Source: Parcubacteria group bacterium (GTDB lineage Bacteria; Patescibacteriota; Minisyncoccia; Phycocordibacterales; 21-14-all-47-15). From it: DNA of 64,000 nt. The notes beneath the pieces are model-generated. The model was not told where the DNA came from. It saw only the letters and a list, made by a program, of their open reading frames with translations, and ran no database searches. The position numbers and the translations under genes were made by a program. This document shows, piece after piece, positions 46,082-54,477 of this stretch (within the stretch, counting starts at the first letter, position 1; each line of letters opens with the position of its first letter). The stretch is from the NCBI GenBank assembly GCA_016181845.1, contig JACOYO010000003.1:16185-80184 (forward strand), read 5' to 3'.

Positions 46082-46351
46082 TTAATTGCCGAAAGGATTT
46101 TTATATCCCTTAAACGGGTTGGTCGTGTTCCCTGCTCCGAAAGGGTTGGTATCCGGAATTTTACCACCAACATCTTCAGCCGGATTTGAAACGTTTGACA
46201 CATTCTCCAGCGCTTTCCCAACATCAACCACATCGCTTTCTGTCGCCGGAGCAATGCTCTTTTTGTTCCAAAGAAACCATCCTGCAAGTATGATAATAAT
46301 GACCGCAACCACTATGACCAATGGTGAATATATATTTTGTTTCTCTTCCAT
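46082..46351 (-). CDS. small N-terminally anchored protein with NPF repeats
   Basis: 89 aa; TM helix LVIVVAVIIIILAGWFLW followed by ...NPFGAGNTTNPFKGYKNPFGN. Confidence 0.35.
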   Translation of the reverse strand: MEEKQNIYSPLVIVVAVIIIILAGWFLWNKKSIAPATESDVVDVGKALENVSNVSNPAEDVGGKIPDTNPFGAGNTTNPFKGYKNPFGN

Positions 46352-46703
46352 ATTATATTTAGTATAGCAAGACGGTTTTTCTATTCAAGAAAAAGTTATG
46401 CACATGAGCCACACTCAAAACTCCAATTGCAAAAAAGCCCCGCGAAAGGGCTTTAGAATGTGTCTGTCTATGATACCTGTCACCAGCAGAAAGCGTGGGG
46501 ATTTTAATCCTGTGTACGCAGAGAATTATCCCCGCTTTCTGCCGGTGAATGTCCGGCAAAAAATAACCTTATTCTTTATTCTTATTTGGGAACACCAGTT
46601 TTATATTGTATCATAACTCATTCACTCCACAAGTGCATAACTTGTAAATTCAAGAATACATGACTCTTACAAAGTCATACAAATGGTAGCGCTTTGTAGA
46701 TGG

Positions 46704-46785
46704 TATGCCAGTATACTGGCATAGTCTTTGTCACTTAGTGGCTCAACCACTAAGTTGATACTGAGAGGTTGAGCCACTAAGTTTG
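46704..46785. repeat. composite dispersed repeat: R1 palindrome (46704-46723), then R2 palindrome (46733-46755), then a partial R2
   Basis: tatgccagtatactggcata ... acttagtggctcaaccactaagt ... ttgagccactaagt. Confidence 0.6.
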
Positions 46786-46910
46786 TCAAAACAAAGAAAA
46801 CAAAGGTTAGCCCTTTGTTGGAGATAACTTTTTGACGACGCGGAAGCAAAAACATCTTTTATAAGCGGCGCGCGACAATACGCCACGCCGCAAAAAAAGA
46901 AATTTTAATT

Positions 46911-47162
46911 CTATTGTTTGCCCATTTTCGGAGCAACGAAGATAAGATAGATAGCCGACAAACCGACTAAATCGTAGATAATGCGGGAGAGAACGGAGGC
47001 GCTGCCAAAAAGAGTGGCCACGAGATCAAAATTGAAAAACCCGACAAGGCCCCAATTAATGCCGCCGATAATCACCAAGACGAGAGCAATCCAGTCAATA
47101 GCACTAAGTTTATTCATCATAACGTTATGATTGTTATGTTTATAGATTAGTAAAACGACCAA
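46911..47162 (-). CDS. DUF378-family small membrane protein
   Basis: ...IDWIALVLVIIGGINWGLVGFFNFDLVATLFG...LSRIIYDLVGLSAIY... is typical of DUF378. The true start may be the internal MMNKLS. Confidence 0.65.
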   Translation of the reverse strand: MVVLLIYKHNNHNVMMNKLSAIDWIALVLVIIGGINWGLVGFFNFDLVATLFGSASVLSRIIYDLVGLSAIYLIFVAPKMGKQ

Positions 47163-47260
47163 TATATATTATACCAAAACGCACACTTAAACGGTCAAAA
47201 GTTATCCACCTATGAAAAAACAGCCGCGGTTGTATATATCGCGGCTGTTATCATTGCTGA

Positions 47261-47980
47261 TTAAAACAAGCTTTTGGGAGGCGAGTTTTTCCTTTCCCAT
47301 GTAACCCGCAAAAGGTCATATTTATTTTCTTTATTCGCGGGATATTCCTGATAGTTATTTGGATTCTGCTTCCAGTGGACGCTGTCAATCGGCGGCAAAA
47401 TCGTATCCCCGGAAAAATTCTCACAAATTAAAAACATATATATTCTATCGGCATAATCAAGAATCCGTCGATAGAGAAGGCGGCCTCCTATAGCCACTAT
47501 TTCTTTTTCAAGACGCGGTTCTGTCTCCACTTTATATAGTTGTTTTGGGGACAATTTTTTCTCCTTAATCAGCTTTTGTCTTTGCAACTCAATATTTTTC
47601 TCGTCATTCTCATGTTTTGCTTCCTCCAACCGGTGCGTAGAGTGCCATATATTCCTCACTTTGCCGAGCGACCGCACAACTTGAACGGGATAATTTTCTG
47701 GCGGGCTGAAATTTTTATTCTTCGTCAGAATAAAACACGAGTGTCTTTTTTTGTCTGTAAGAATGTATCTGCCGTAATCGTAATTGCTAAATGCCTGAAA
47801 TGTGGTTGGTCCCATAACAACACATTTATCTCGCGTGAGAGATTCTAATTGTCTGAATACTTCCGGCATATCCTCTGCCCAAGGATACCTGTCTCCACTC
47901 CTCGTATGCCCGCCCATTTCTTGAAATATGCAAAAGCTGACTTTGAATGGATCTGTGCGCGAAGCATCGCTTGTTTGCAT
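47261..47980 (-). CDS. second dihydrofolate-reductase-fold paralog with a Lys/Glu-rich coiled-coil-like insertion
   Basis: Start moved to MQTSDAS (GGAGG upstream). ...KVSFCIFQEMGGHTRSGDRYPW...VVMGPTTFQAF... and ...IVAIGGRLLYRRILDYADRIYMFLI...FSGDTILPP..D...W. Confidence 0.55.
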   Translation of the reverse strand: MQTSDASRTDPFKVSFCIFQEMGGHTRSGDRYPWAEDMPEVFRQLESLTRDKCVVMGPTTFQAFSNYDYGRYILTDKKRHSCFILTKNKNFSPPENYPVQVVRSLGKVRNIWHSTHRLEEAKHENDEKNIELQRQKLIKEKKLSPKQLYKVETEPRLEKEIVAIGGRLLYRRILDYADRIYMFLICENFSGDTILPPIDSVHWKQNPNNYQEYPANKENKYDLLRVTWERKNSPPKSLF

Positions 47981-48210
47981 GACAAAACCTCCGCAGATAA
48001 TGATTGGAATGTGTGCGTATGTCAACGTACTTCCCTTTTTATGCACTATACGCCTCCATGAGACATTTATAAAGGTTCTTAAAGGTTCCTCTTGGCAAAC
48101 CCGCGAAGAACATAATGCGCGCCGTAACCGTACTTTACAAACAGCATAGGAAAGCACAACATAAAAGACAGAAAGCATTATTTGATAATTATATAATGGA
48201 GGATTTTGCC

Positions 48211-49245
48211 ATGAGCAACAGTGACCGCCAGATCGGCCTCACCTTAACGCAACATATTCGTTTTGAGCAGACGAATCACAGAATGGCCACGGGAAAATTA
48301 TCCGGCCTCCTCAATGAAATTCTTGTGGCGGCAAAAATCATCTCGCAAGAGGTGAACACCGCTGGCTTAAAAGCAGAATTGCTTCTTGGTATGACGGGTA
48401 CCGTCAACGTTCACGGCGAAGACCGTCAGAAATTAGACGAGTATTCCAACAATACTTTCATTCACATTCTTGAGCGTTCCGGATATCTTGCCGTTATGGG
48501 TTCCGAAGAAAATGATTCGCCGATACCTATTCCGGAAACATACAAAAGCGGAAAATATGTGCTTCTTATGGACCCATTGGATGGGTCATCCAACATAGAT
48601 GTCGGTGTAAGCATCGGCACCATTTTTTCAATTTATGAACGAGTGAGCCAGAGCGGCGCCGGCACGCTCAAAGACCTGCTTCAGCCGGGGCATCGGCAGA
48701 TAGCCGCTGGATATATCTTATATGGATCAAGCACCATCTTTGTGTACACTACCCGCGGCGGAGACGTGCATGGTTTTACTCTTGACCCGCATACCGGTGA
48801 ATTTCTTCTGTCGCATCCCAACATTGTCATTCCTAAAAAAGGGACGATTTACAGCATCAACGAAGGAAATTCCAATTCATGGAGCCGCGGTCAGAGAAAA
48901 TACATTAACTATCTGAAAGCATCCGACCAAAACACCGGACGTCCATACAAAAGCCGCTATGTCGGTTCGTTTGTTTCTGACTTCCATCGCACACTGCTAA
49001 AAGGCGGCATATTCATGTATCCGTCCGACCAAAAATCTCCCAACGGAAAACTGCGGTTGGGATATGAATGCAATCCGATGGCGTTCATTGTTGAAAAAGC
49101 CGGAGGTAAAGCAAACAACGGAAGTCGCCGTATTCTTGATATCATCCCGACGACACTTCATGAAAGGACTCCGCTCTATATCGGAAGTCCCGAGGATGTA
49201 GAGATGGCGGAAAAATATTTGGCGGAAGATGCAAAAAATCGATAA
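48211..49245 (+). CDS. fbp: fructose-1,6-bisphosphatase, class 1
   Basis: Start at MSNSDRQ (GGAGGA upstream). ...LLMDPLDGSSNID... metal-binding motif; 344 aa. Confidence 0.9.
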   Translation: MSNSDRQIGLTLTQHIRFEQTNHRMATGKLSGLLNEILVAAKIISQEVNTAGLKAELLLGMTGTVNVHGEDRQKLDEYSNNTFIHILERSGYLAVMGSEENDSPIPIPETYKSGKYVLLMDPLDGSSNIDVGVSIGTIFSIYERVSQSGAGTLKDLLQPGHRQIAAGYILYGSSTIFVYTTRGGDVHGFTLDPHTGEFLLSHPNIVIPKKGTIYSINEGNSNSWSRGQRKYINYLKASDQNTGRPYKSRYVGSFVSDFHRTLLKGGIFMYPSDQKSPNGKLRLGYECNPMAFIVEKAGGKANNGSRRILDIIPTTLHERTPLYIGSPEDVEMAEKYLAEDAKNR

Positions 49246-49270
49246 CCAATTCTCACTCGGGAGTTCACTA

Positions 49271-49903
49271 ATGCCATTCTTTCTTCGGCAATATGAAAAA
49301 ATAACACTCGTATGCGTCTCCGTAATCGTCTGGTATTCTTTTTACGAAATATGGGGATTGCATCACTGGACAAAAGTAATCTTGTTTGACAACGGCTGGT
49401 GGCTTGATACTCTCGGACATTTTATCGCCGGAATCCTCGGCGCTATAAATTTGCTTTGCATGTATCAAGTGTTTGATTCAAAACGAATTTTTTGTTTTGC
49501 TGGAAGCGGACATTTGGTCACCACCATCACCGGCAAAATGCTTTTCTTTGCGTTTGTGTGGGAGGTGGGAGAAATGCTCTATGACATGCAAATTGAGGCA
49601 AGCGCTCCGAATGGCACTTATCTCATTCGCGCGCAACTAAATTCGCTTGATACCGTTCTTGATATCGGCGCCACTTGGAGCGCGGCTTTCTTCACTTCTC
49701 TCGTGTATGTGGGATACAACGCGCTTCGCGAAAAAGTGTATCCTGACGAATACAAAAAAGAAGAATTGAAAGAATTTTTCAGAATGGCTTCTTACATCGC
49801 GGAAAAAACCGCCGCGTACAGAAAAGAACACCGGAAAGTTCTTCGTATGTGGTTCCGCAAAGCGCTAAAAAAACATTTTGCGGAAAAGGAAAAGAACAGA
49901 TAA
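49271..49903 (+). CDS. polytopic membrane protein, hypothetical
   Basis: About 210 aa with several TM helices and a basic C-terminal tail. Confidence 0.4.
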   Translation: MPFFLRQYEKITLVCVSVIVWYSFYEIWGLHHWTKVILFDNGWWLDTLGHFIAGILGAINLLCMYQVFDSKRIFCFAGSGHLVTTITGKMLFFAFVWEVGEMLYDMQIEASAPNGTYLIRAQLNSLDTVLDIGATWSAAFFTSLVYVGYNALREKVYPDEYKKEELKEFFRMASYIAEKTAAYRKEHRKVLRMWFRKALKKHFAEKEKNR

Positions 49904-49920
49904 CCATACCAAACTAAAAG

Positions 49921-49946
49921 CTCGCGTATCACATCGCGAGCTTTTT
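49921..49946 (+). terminator. intrinsic terminator
   Basis: ctcgcg-tatcacat-cgcgagctttttt. Confidence 0.55.
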
Positions 49947-49950
49947 TGTT

Positions 49951-49976
49951 ACTTGGTGGTTAAACCCCCAAGTGAA
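49951..49976. repeat. R2-variant palindrome (acttggtggttaaacccccaagtgaa)
   Basis: Degenerate relative of acttagtggttgaaccactaagtgaa. Confidence 0.45.
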
Positions 49977-49989
49977 ATGTTTTTGGAAT

Positions 49990-50487
49990 TCATTGTGTTT
50001 TTTCAGCAAAACGAAAAGCAAGAAAAGCGACTGCGAGCGAAAGCAAGAAAAGCGACGCGCCGTAAAAACACGGAGTGGCAAATGGGTTGGTGATGAGGAC
50101 GCCGGAGCAATTCACTCCTTCGCCGGGCGCGGCAAGATAAAATCGCACTATTTGAGATATCGCGTTTGTCCACGCAAAAAGATTGCCCGCGACTAAAAAC
50201 CACACCAGATATTTTTGTTGTTCACGCTTGCGCGATTCATCGCGGTCATACAAAATCAACAGCGACCAAACGAAGCCGGCAAGAAACGCAAACGCGCCGT
50301 AAAAGCATGGCGTCGTAGCCGGATGCGGATACATTGTTCCTGAAAATTGGAACCACGAACCGCCGTACGTAAAAAAACGCGCAAAGTCGGTGTATGTGGT
50401 ATACCACGCAAATATGGTACCCAAAAAAAGTACGAAACTCGCAAGCGCGGGCAAATGAACCCGCCATGATTGCATATTATGATTCAT
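49990..50487 (-). CDS. membrane protein with internally duplicated halves (TPCFYGA...FL repeated)
   Basis: 165 aa; ...TPCFYGAFAFLAGFVWSL... and ...TPCFYGASLFLLSLAVAFL.... Confidence 0.4.
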   Translation of the reverse strand: MNHNMQSWRVHLPALASFVLFLGTIFAWYTTYTDFARFFTYGGSWFQFSGTMYPHPATTPCFYGAFAFLAGFVWSLLILYDRDESRKREQQKYLVWFLVAGNLFAWTNAISQIVRFYLAAPGEGVNCSGVLITNPFATPCFYGASLFLLSLAVAFLAFRFAEKTQ

Positions 50488-50538
50488 AGATTTATATTAT
50501 AACAAACGATAAGGATTTTGCTCGTTGTTATGATAGGA

Positions 50539-50680
50539 CTTGCTTTTTAAGACGTCCGACTTCTGCAATGGTAAAATATCTGCACTTGCCACAAATAAAG
50601 TAATTACCACATCAGAAGTCGGACGTCTAAACGGCCAATGTCGATGTGTTACCATTGCAGAGGTCGGGCGTCTAAAGAGG
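50539..50680. promoter_or_regulatory. inverted-repeat triplet allowing alternative pairings, in a divergent intergenic region
   Basis: agacgtccgacttctg-caatggtaa ... cagaagtcggacgtct ... ttaccattg-cagaggtcgggcgtct. Confidence 0.35.
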
Positions 50681-50720
50681 TAATTTCTTTCCATCACAAA
50701 ACAAAAAGGAGGTGATAACC

Positions 50721-50990
50721 TTGAAAAAAACGCAAATACTTTTTAACGCAGTGGCGGGGCTCATGCTCACGGCAGGGGTAATTGCAGGATGCGGAGAAGG
50801 CCCGAATGGGCAACCACGAGACCCATTCTCACCATCGGTAAGTGACATCACTCAACCAACAACGAATCCGTCTTCTTCTTCCTCTTCCACGACGGCGGTC
50901 AGTACTTCATCGTCGCCCACCCAAAATATCTCAGGAGCCACGACTTCAACGTCTGGCGCGGCTTCTGGAGCCACCTTCATCGGCGGGTGA
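50721..50990 (+). CDS. Ser/Thr-rich lipoprotein
   Basis: TTG start 8 nt after AAAGGAGG. MKKTQILFNAVAGLMLTAGVIAGC ends in a lipobox, and the mature part is a Ser/Thr-rich low-complexity linker. Confidence 0.45.
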   Translation: MKKTQILFNAVAGLMLTAGVIAGCGEGPNGQPRDPFSPSVSDITQPTTNPSSSSSSTTAVSTSSSPTQNISGATTSTSGAASGATFIGG

Positions 50991-51255
50991 CCCGCCCCCT
51001 TCCTTATGCCCTCGGCAAAACATTGGTTTCTGTCGGGGGCATTCTTTATTTCGTCTAGCGAGGAGCGAAATGAGAATCGCAATTCTCATTTCGTCCGAGC
51101 GAAGACGAAACACAGGTTAATACATCGCAGCTAGGCTAGCGAGATTGTACTAGCAAAGCGAGTTCCTGAAATACCTCGGAGCTTTGCTCCGAGGAACCTT
51201 TATATTTGTGCTATTTTTTATACAGTCTTCACAAAAAGAAAAACCTGTGCTATAA

Positions 51256-52092
51256 TTGTTAAAAATCATTATGCAGAAAAAATATCTCCCATCCAAACAC
51301 CGGCCGAAACAAGCGCGCGCGACAAATCAGAAAAAAACATCGTGGGGTCCGGTCGCATCATGGTATGACACTATGCTCGCGGACACGGAATCATATCAAC
51401 GGAAAGTCATCCTCCCAAACTTGCTCCGTCTTTTGGATATTAAAAAGGGAACGCGCATGATTGATATCGCCTGCGGACAAGGTTTTTTTACCAATGAGTT
51501 CGCGCGAAACGGGGCGCGTATCACCGGCACCGACATTTCTCCGGAACTTATCGCCATTGCAAAAAAAGATTCACCAAAAGAAGCTGGCTTTGCCGTCTCC
51601 CCCGCCGACACGCTTTCTTTTGCAAAAAACGATAGCGTTGACGCCGTCACTATTATTTTGGCAATACAAAACATCAACCCAATTCATACAGTCTTTCGCG
51701 AATGTTTCCGCGTCTTGCGCGCTGGCGGCACTCTCAATATGGTAATGAACCATCCGTCGTTTCGTATTCCAAAATCAAGCGATTGGCAATTTGACGCCGG
51801 CGCAAACACGCAATACCGCCGCATCAGCCGCTATCTTTCGGAATCACGGGCAGAGATTGAAATGCACCCTGGCGACAAAAAGAATGCCGCCAAAACTATT
51901 TCATTTCACCGCCCGCTTCAAGTTTATATAAAAAATCTTACCAACGCGGGCTTCCTAATTGACCGCCTGGAAGAATGGGCGTCGCACAAAAAAAGCGGGC
52001 GCGGTCCGCGGCAAACCGCAGAAGACACCGCGCGAAAAGAGATTCCACTTTTTTTATTTCTCCGCGCAAGAAAAAATACGCTGTCTAAATAA
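51256..52092 (+). CDS. class I SAM-dependent methyltransferase
   Basis: Motif I IDIACGQGFF, then ARITGTDIS.... Confidence 0.8.
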   Translation: MLKIIMQKKYLPSKHRPKQARATNQKKTSWGPVASWYDTMLADTESYQRKVILPNLLRLLDIKKGTRMIDIACGQGFFTNEFARNGARITGTDISPELIAIAKKDSPKEAGFAVSPADTLSFAKNDSVDAVTIILAIQNINPIHTVFRECFRVLRAGGTLNMVMNHPSFRIPKSSDWQFDAGANTQYRRISRYLSESRAEIEMHPGDKKNAAKTISFHRPLQVYIKNLTNAGFLIDRLEEWASHKKSGRGPRQTAEDTARKEIPLFLFLRARKNTLSK

Positions 52093-52151
52093 TCATAGAT
52101 AATCACTCATAATAACTCTTATACTTTTCTTATATTTTATACTCTTAATAT

Positions 52152-52191
52152 ATTCGCGGTCGCGAATATATTAAGAGTATGTTAAAGTCAA
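52152..52191. repeat. AT-rich 18-bp-arm inverted repeat (actcttaatatattcgcg / cgcgaatatattaagagt)
   Basis: Lies between the methyltransferase and the pseudouridine-synthase genes. Confidence 0.45.
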
Positions 52192-52253
52192 TAAATTCAT
52201 AAATTTACATAAATTCAAAATAATAAAAATAAAATAAATTTAAACTTACGTTT

Positions 52254-52973
52254 ATGCGCATTCAAAAATATCTTTCAGGAAAAGGCATCCTCTCACGACG
52301 CGAAGCGGAGCGAGCGCTTGTGGCTGGGCGTATCCGTGTTAATGGCGTTGTGGTGAAAACGCTCGGCACGAGTGTCAATCCGGATATCGACCGCGTTGAA
52401 TTCACGGAAGGAAAAACGAAGCACGGAAAGTCAGCGCAAAAAACATTCGCTGTATACAAACCGCGCGGTATCGTTTGCTCACAAAACAGCGCGGAAGGAA
52501 AAACTATTTTTGACCTTTTGCCGGCGTTAAAAAAATTTAATCTCAATACAGTCGGGCGGCTTGATAAAGAAAGCGAGGGGCTCTTGCTTCTTTCAAACGA
52601 TGGCGTAATCGCCAGCGCCATTACCGGAGACAAGCATCTGGTTGAAAAAGAATACGAGGTAACCGTGCGCGAGCGCGTCACTCCGTCTGCGCTGAAAAAA
52701 ATGGAGAGTGGCATTAAACTGGAAGACGGCATGACGCTTCCAGCAAAAACAAAAAAAATAAAAGAGCACGTGTTTCGCATTATTCTTGTTGAGGGCAGAA
52801 ATCATCAAATACGCCGCATGACAAACGCACTGCGCCTCACGATAAGCTCACTCAAGCGCGTGCGTATCGGCAACATAACGCTTAATAATATCCCGTCCGG
52901 AACATACCGAGAATTAACCAACAAAGAAGCCCTGGATTTAAAGGATATCGCGTTTCAAAAGACAAAAAAATAA
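52254..52973 (+). CDS. rluB: RsuA/RluB-family 23S/16S rRNA pseudouridine synthase (S4 domain plus catalytic domain)
   Basis: S4 RNA-binding N-terminus and a GRLDKESEGLLLLSNDG catalytic-Asp motif. Confidence 0.8.
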   Translation: MRIQKYLSGKGILSRREAERALVAGRIRVNGVVVKTLGTSVNPDIDRVEFTEGKTKHGKSAQKTFAVYKPRGIVCSQNSAEGKTIFDLLPALKKFNLNTVGRLDKESEGLLLLSNDGVIASAITGDKHLVEKEYEVTVRERVTPSALKKMESGIKLEDGMTLPAKTKKIKEHVFRIILVEGRNHQIRRMTNALRLTISSLKRVRIGNITLNNIPSGTYRELTNKEALDLKDIAFQKTKK

Positions 52974-52978
52974 AGTGC

Positions 52979-53007
52979 TTGACAAATATATTGAAAGGTG
53001 CTATACT
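52979..53007 (+). promoter_or_regulatory. consensus sigma-70 promoter TTGACA-17-TATACT
   Basis: TTGACA 52979-52984, 17-nt spacer, TATACT 53002-53007. It starts a 5' leader of about 220 nt. Confidence 0.55.
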
Positions 53008-53090
53008 TGCAACAGTATTGAAAATGACTCTTGGATAACGTAGATTAAAAATAGGTTATCATAGAAAGGAAAGGGCAAAACTTCGTACGA

Positions 53091-53169
53091 AATCTCGGAC
53101 AAGTTGCCGACTCTATCCCTAGTGAAAGGGATTTTGACGTCGTCAATTTATCCGAGATTTTGTTTTTTG
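53091..53169 (+). terminator. leader-embedded branched hairpin plus T-tract (attenuator or riboswitch-like expression platform)
   Basis: aatctcggacaa...(atccctagtgaaagggat)...(ttgacgtcgtcaa)...ttatccgagattttgttttttg. Confidence 0.4.
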
Positions 53170-53232
53170 AAACATTTTTCTCTAAAAATCGGAGAAAAAT
53201 CATAAACCACCATCTCTAGAAAGGAGACGGTC

Positions 53233-53793
53233 ATGAAAACAAATCGCTCGAGCTTTCTATCAGTAATTTTCCTTTGCGCGGCGATGATTGTGTTCACCGC
53301 CGCCTCCAACGCTTCTGCCATTACTCCGGATGAGTGGCAGGAGTTAATCAACCGTTTGGAGTATTTTGATCTTATTCCGGACGGAGAAGTCGCGGTGCTT
53401 AATGACTGTGGCGTAAGAACTGAGAAATACAAAATCTTGTTCGGCGCGCTTCATGGTGTGCGCGTCAGCGGTCCGAATATGCCGCGATTTGATGAAAATC
53501 TTCCCGATAAACCGAGAATAAGGGGGAACAATTTTGTGGTAACACTCGGCGCCGGGGAAAATGGATACACCGGTCCATGGGGATATGAAATATTCACAAT
53601 CCCCAGAGACGATACCCTTTTTGCCATTATTTTGGGAAAAATGGAATCGGTGAGACCGATATGGTTTTTGAGATGGTATCCAATTTCTGCAAAAGAATTT
53701 AAAAAATTTTGCGGAAATTATGTACCATACGACCCGCTTGGAATCGGGAAAACATGGGCTCCGGATGGTAGTGGCCCATTAACATTAAAATAA
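53233..53793 (+). CDS. secreted hypothetical protein
   Basis: Signal peptide MKTNRSSFLSVIFLCAAMIVFTAASNASA (AAAGGAG upstream). No recognisable domain. Confidence 0.5.
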   Translation: MKTNRSSFLSVIFLCAAMIVFTAASNASAITPDEWQELINRLEYFDLIPDGEVAVLNDCGVRTEKYKILFGALHGVRVSGPNMPRFDENLPDKPRIRGNNFVVTLGAGENGYTGPWGYEIFTIPRDDTLFAIILGKMESVRPIWFLRWYPISAKEFKKFCGNYVPYDPLGIGKTWAPDGSGPLTLK

Positions 53794-53845
53794 GCATTAT
53801 TTTGCGGGCTTTGCTAACGCAAAGCCCGCTTCACGATTATTTTTG

Positions 53846-53882
53846 CAAAACAAAAGGCAGTCTGAATGCTAGACTGCCTTTT
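53846..53882 (-). terminator. intrinsic terminator of the minus-strand His-rich gene
   Basis: aaggcagtct-gaatgct-agactgcctt, with a T-tract on the minus strand. Confidence 0.5.
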
Positions 53883-53899
53883 AACGTACTCTGGGGCTC

Positions 53900-54241
53900 T
53901 TATTTATGGTGCGGACATTGATGCCCGTCGCCGTGGCCGCCGCCATGTTCTTCACCGCCGGCTTGGTGATGCGGACATACATGCCCGTCTTTCTGCATGT
54001 GTTCATGATTCATGCCGGGGTCAGACGGTGCTGGCGCGGGGGCAGGAGCGGCTTCAGGAGTAGCTTTTTCTCCATCCGCTTTGTGCATCGGACAACCGGC
54101 CATATGACCGCCTTCAGGGGTCATCATTTCATGACCGCCCATCCCCTTGCCTTCATCGTGACCGCCGCAGGCAAACACACTGCCCAAGCCGAAAAATAAT
54201 CCAAAAACCACTGCCAACAAAACCACAGTTGCCTTTTTCAT
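53900..54241 (-). CDS. His/Met/Cys-rich putative metal-binding (lipo)protein
   Basis: Signal and lipobox-like ...LGSVFAC. The mature part is packed with H, M, C, G: GGHEMM, GCPMH, HEHM, HVCPHH, HGGGHGDGHQCPHH. Confidence 0.55.
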   Translation of the reverse strand: MKKATVVLLAVVFGLFFGLGSVFACGGHDEGKGMGGHEMMTPEGGHMAGCPMHKADGEKATPEAAPAPAPAPSDPGMNHEHMQKDGHVCPHHQAGGEEHGGGHGDGHQCPHHK

Positions 54242-54477
54242 GCATATTCCTCCTAAATGAAGGATTTATAATAGCCGTTTCGGAGGCAACATCTGCCGCA
54301 CGGCACCGTACTTCTATTACTGATTTAACGCTAGGCTTCAGCAATCCTTTTGTCAAGCCATACGTATATGAACTTGTTCAGCAATTTGTCAAATCGGTAT
54401 CCATCTTTAAAAACATCGCCGTAGTGATACACTAAAAAGCAGTTGTTCATTGTATAACATTATTCAAGGAGGCTCCA

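Noticed and set aside
24937-47210. Chromosomal replication origin (oriC), from the DnaA boxes
   Set aside because: The perfect TTATCCACA boxes are scattered at 18.7, 24.9, 32.2 and 36.8 kb rather than clustered. There is no dnaA/dnaN gene or AT-rich DUE in the window, and two boxes are part of a dispersed repeat. They are more likely repeat-borne or regulatory boxes than an origin.
50539-50680. Possible CRISPR array
   Set aside because: The repeats here are inverted relative to each other and number only three, with no regular repeat-spacer periodicity. No cas genes are nearby. I found no true direct-repeat array anywhere in the window.
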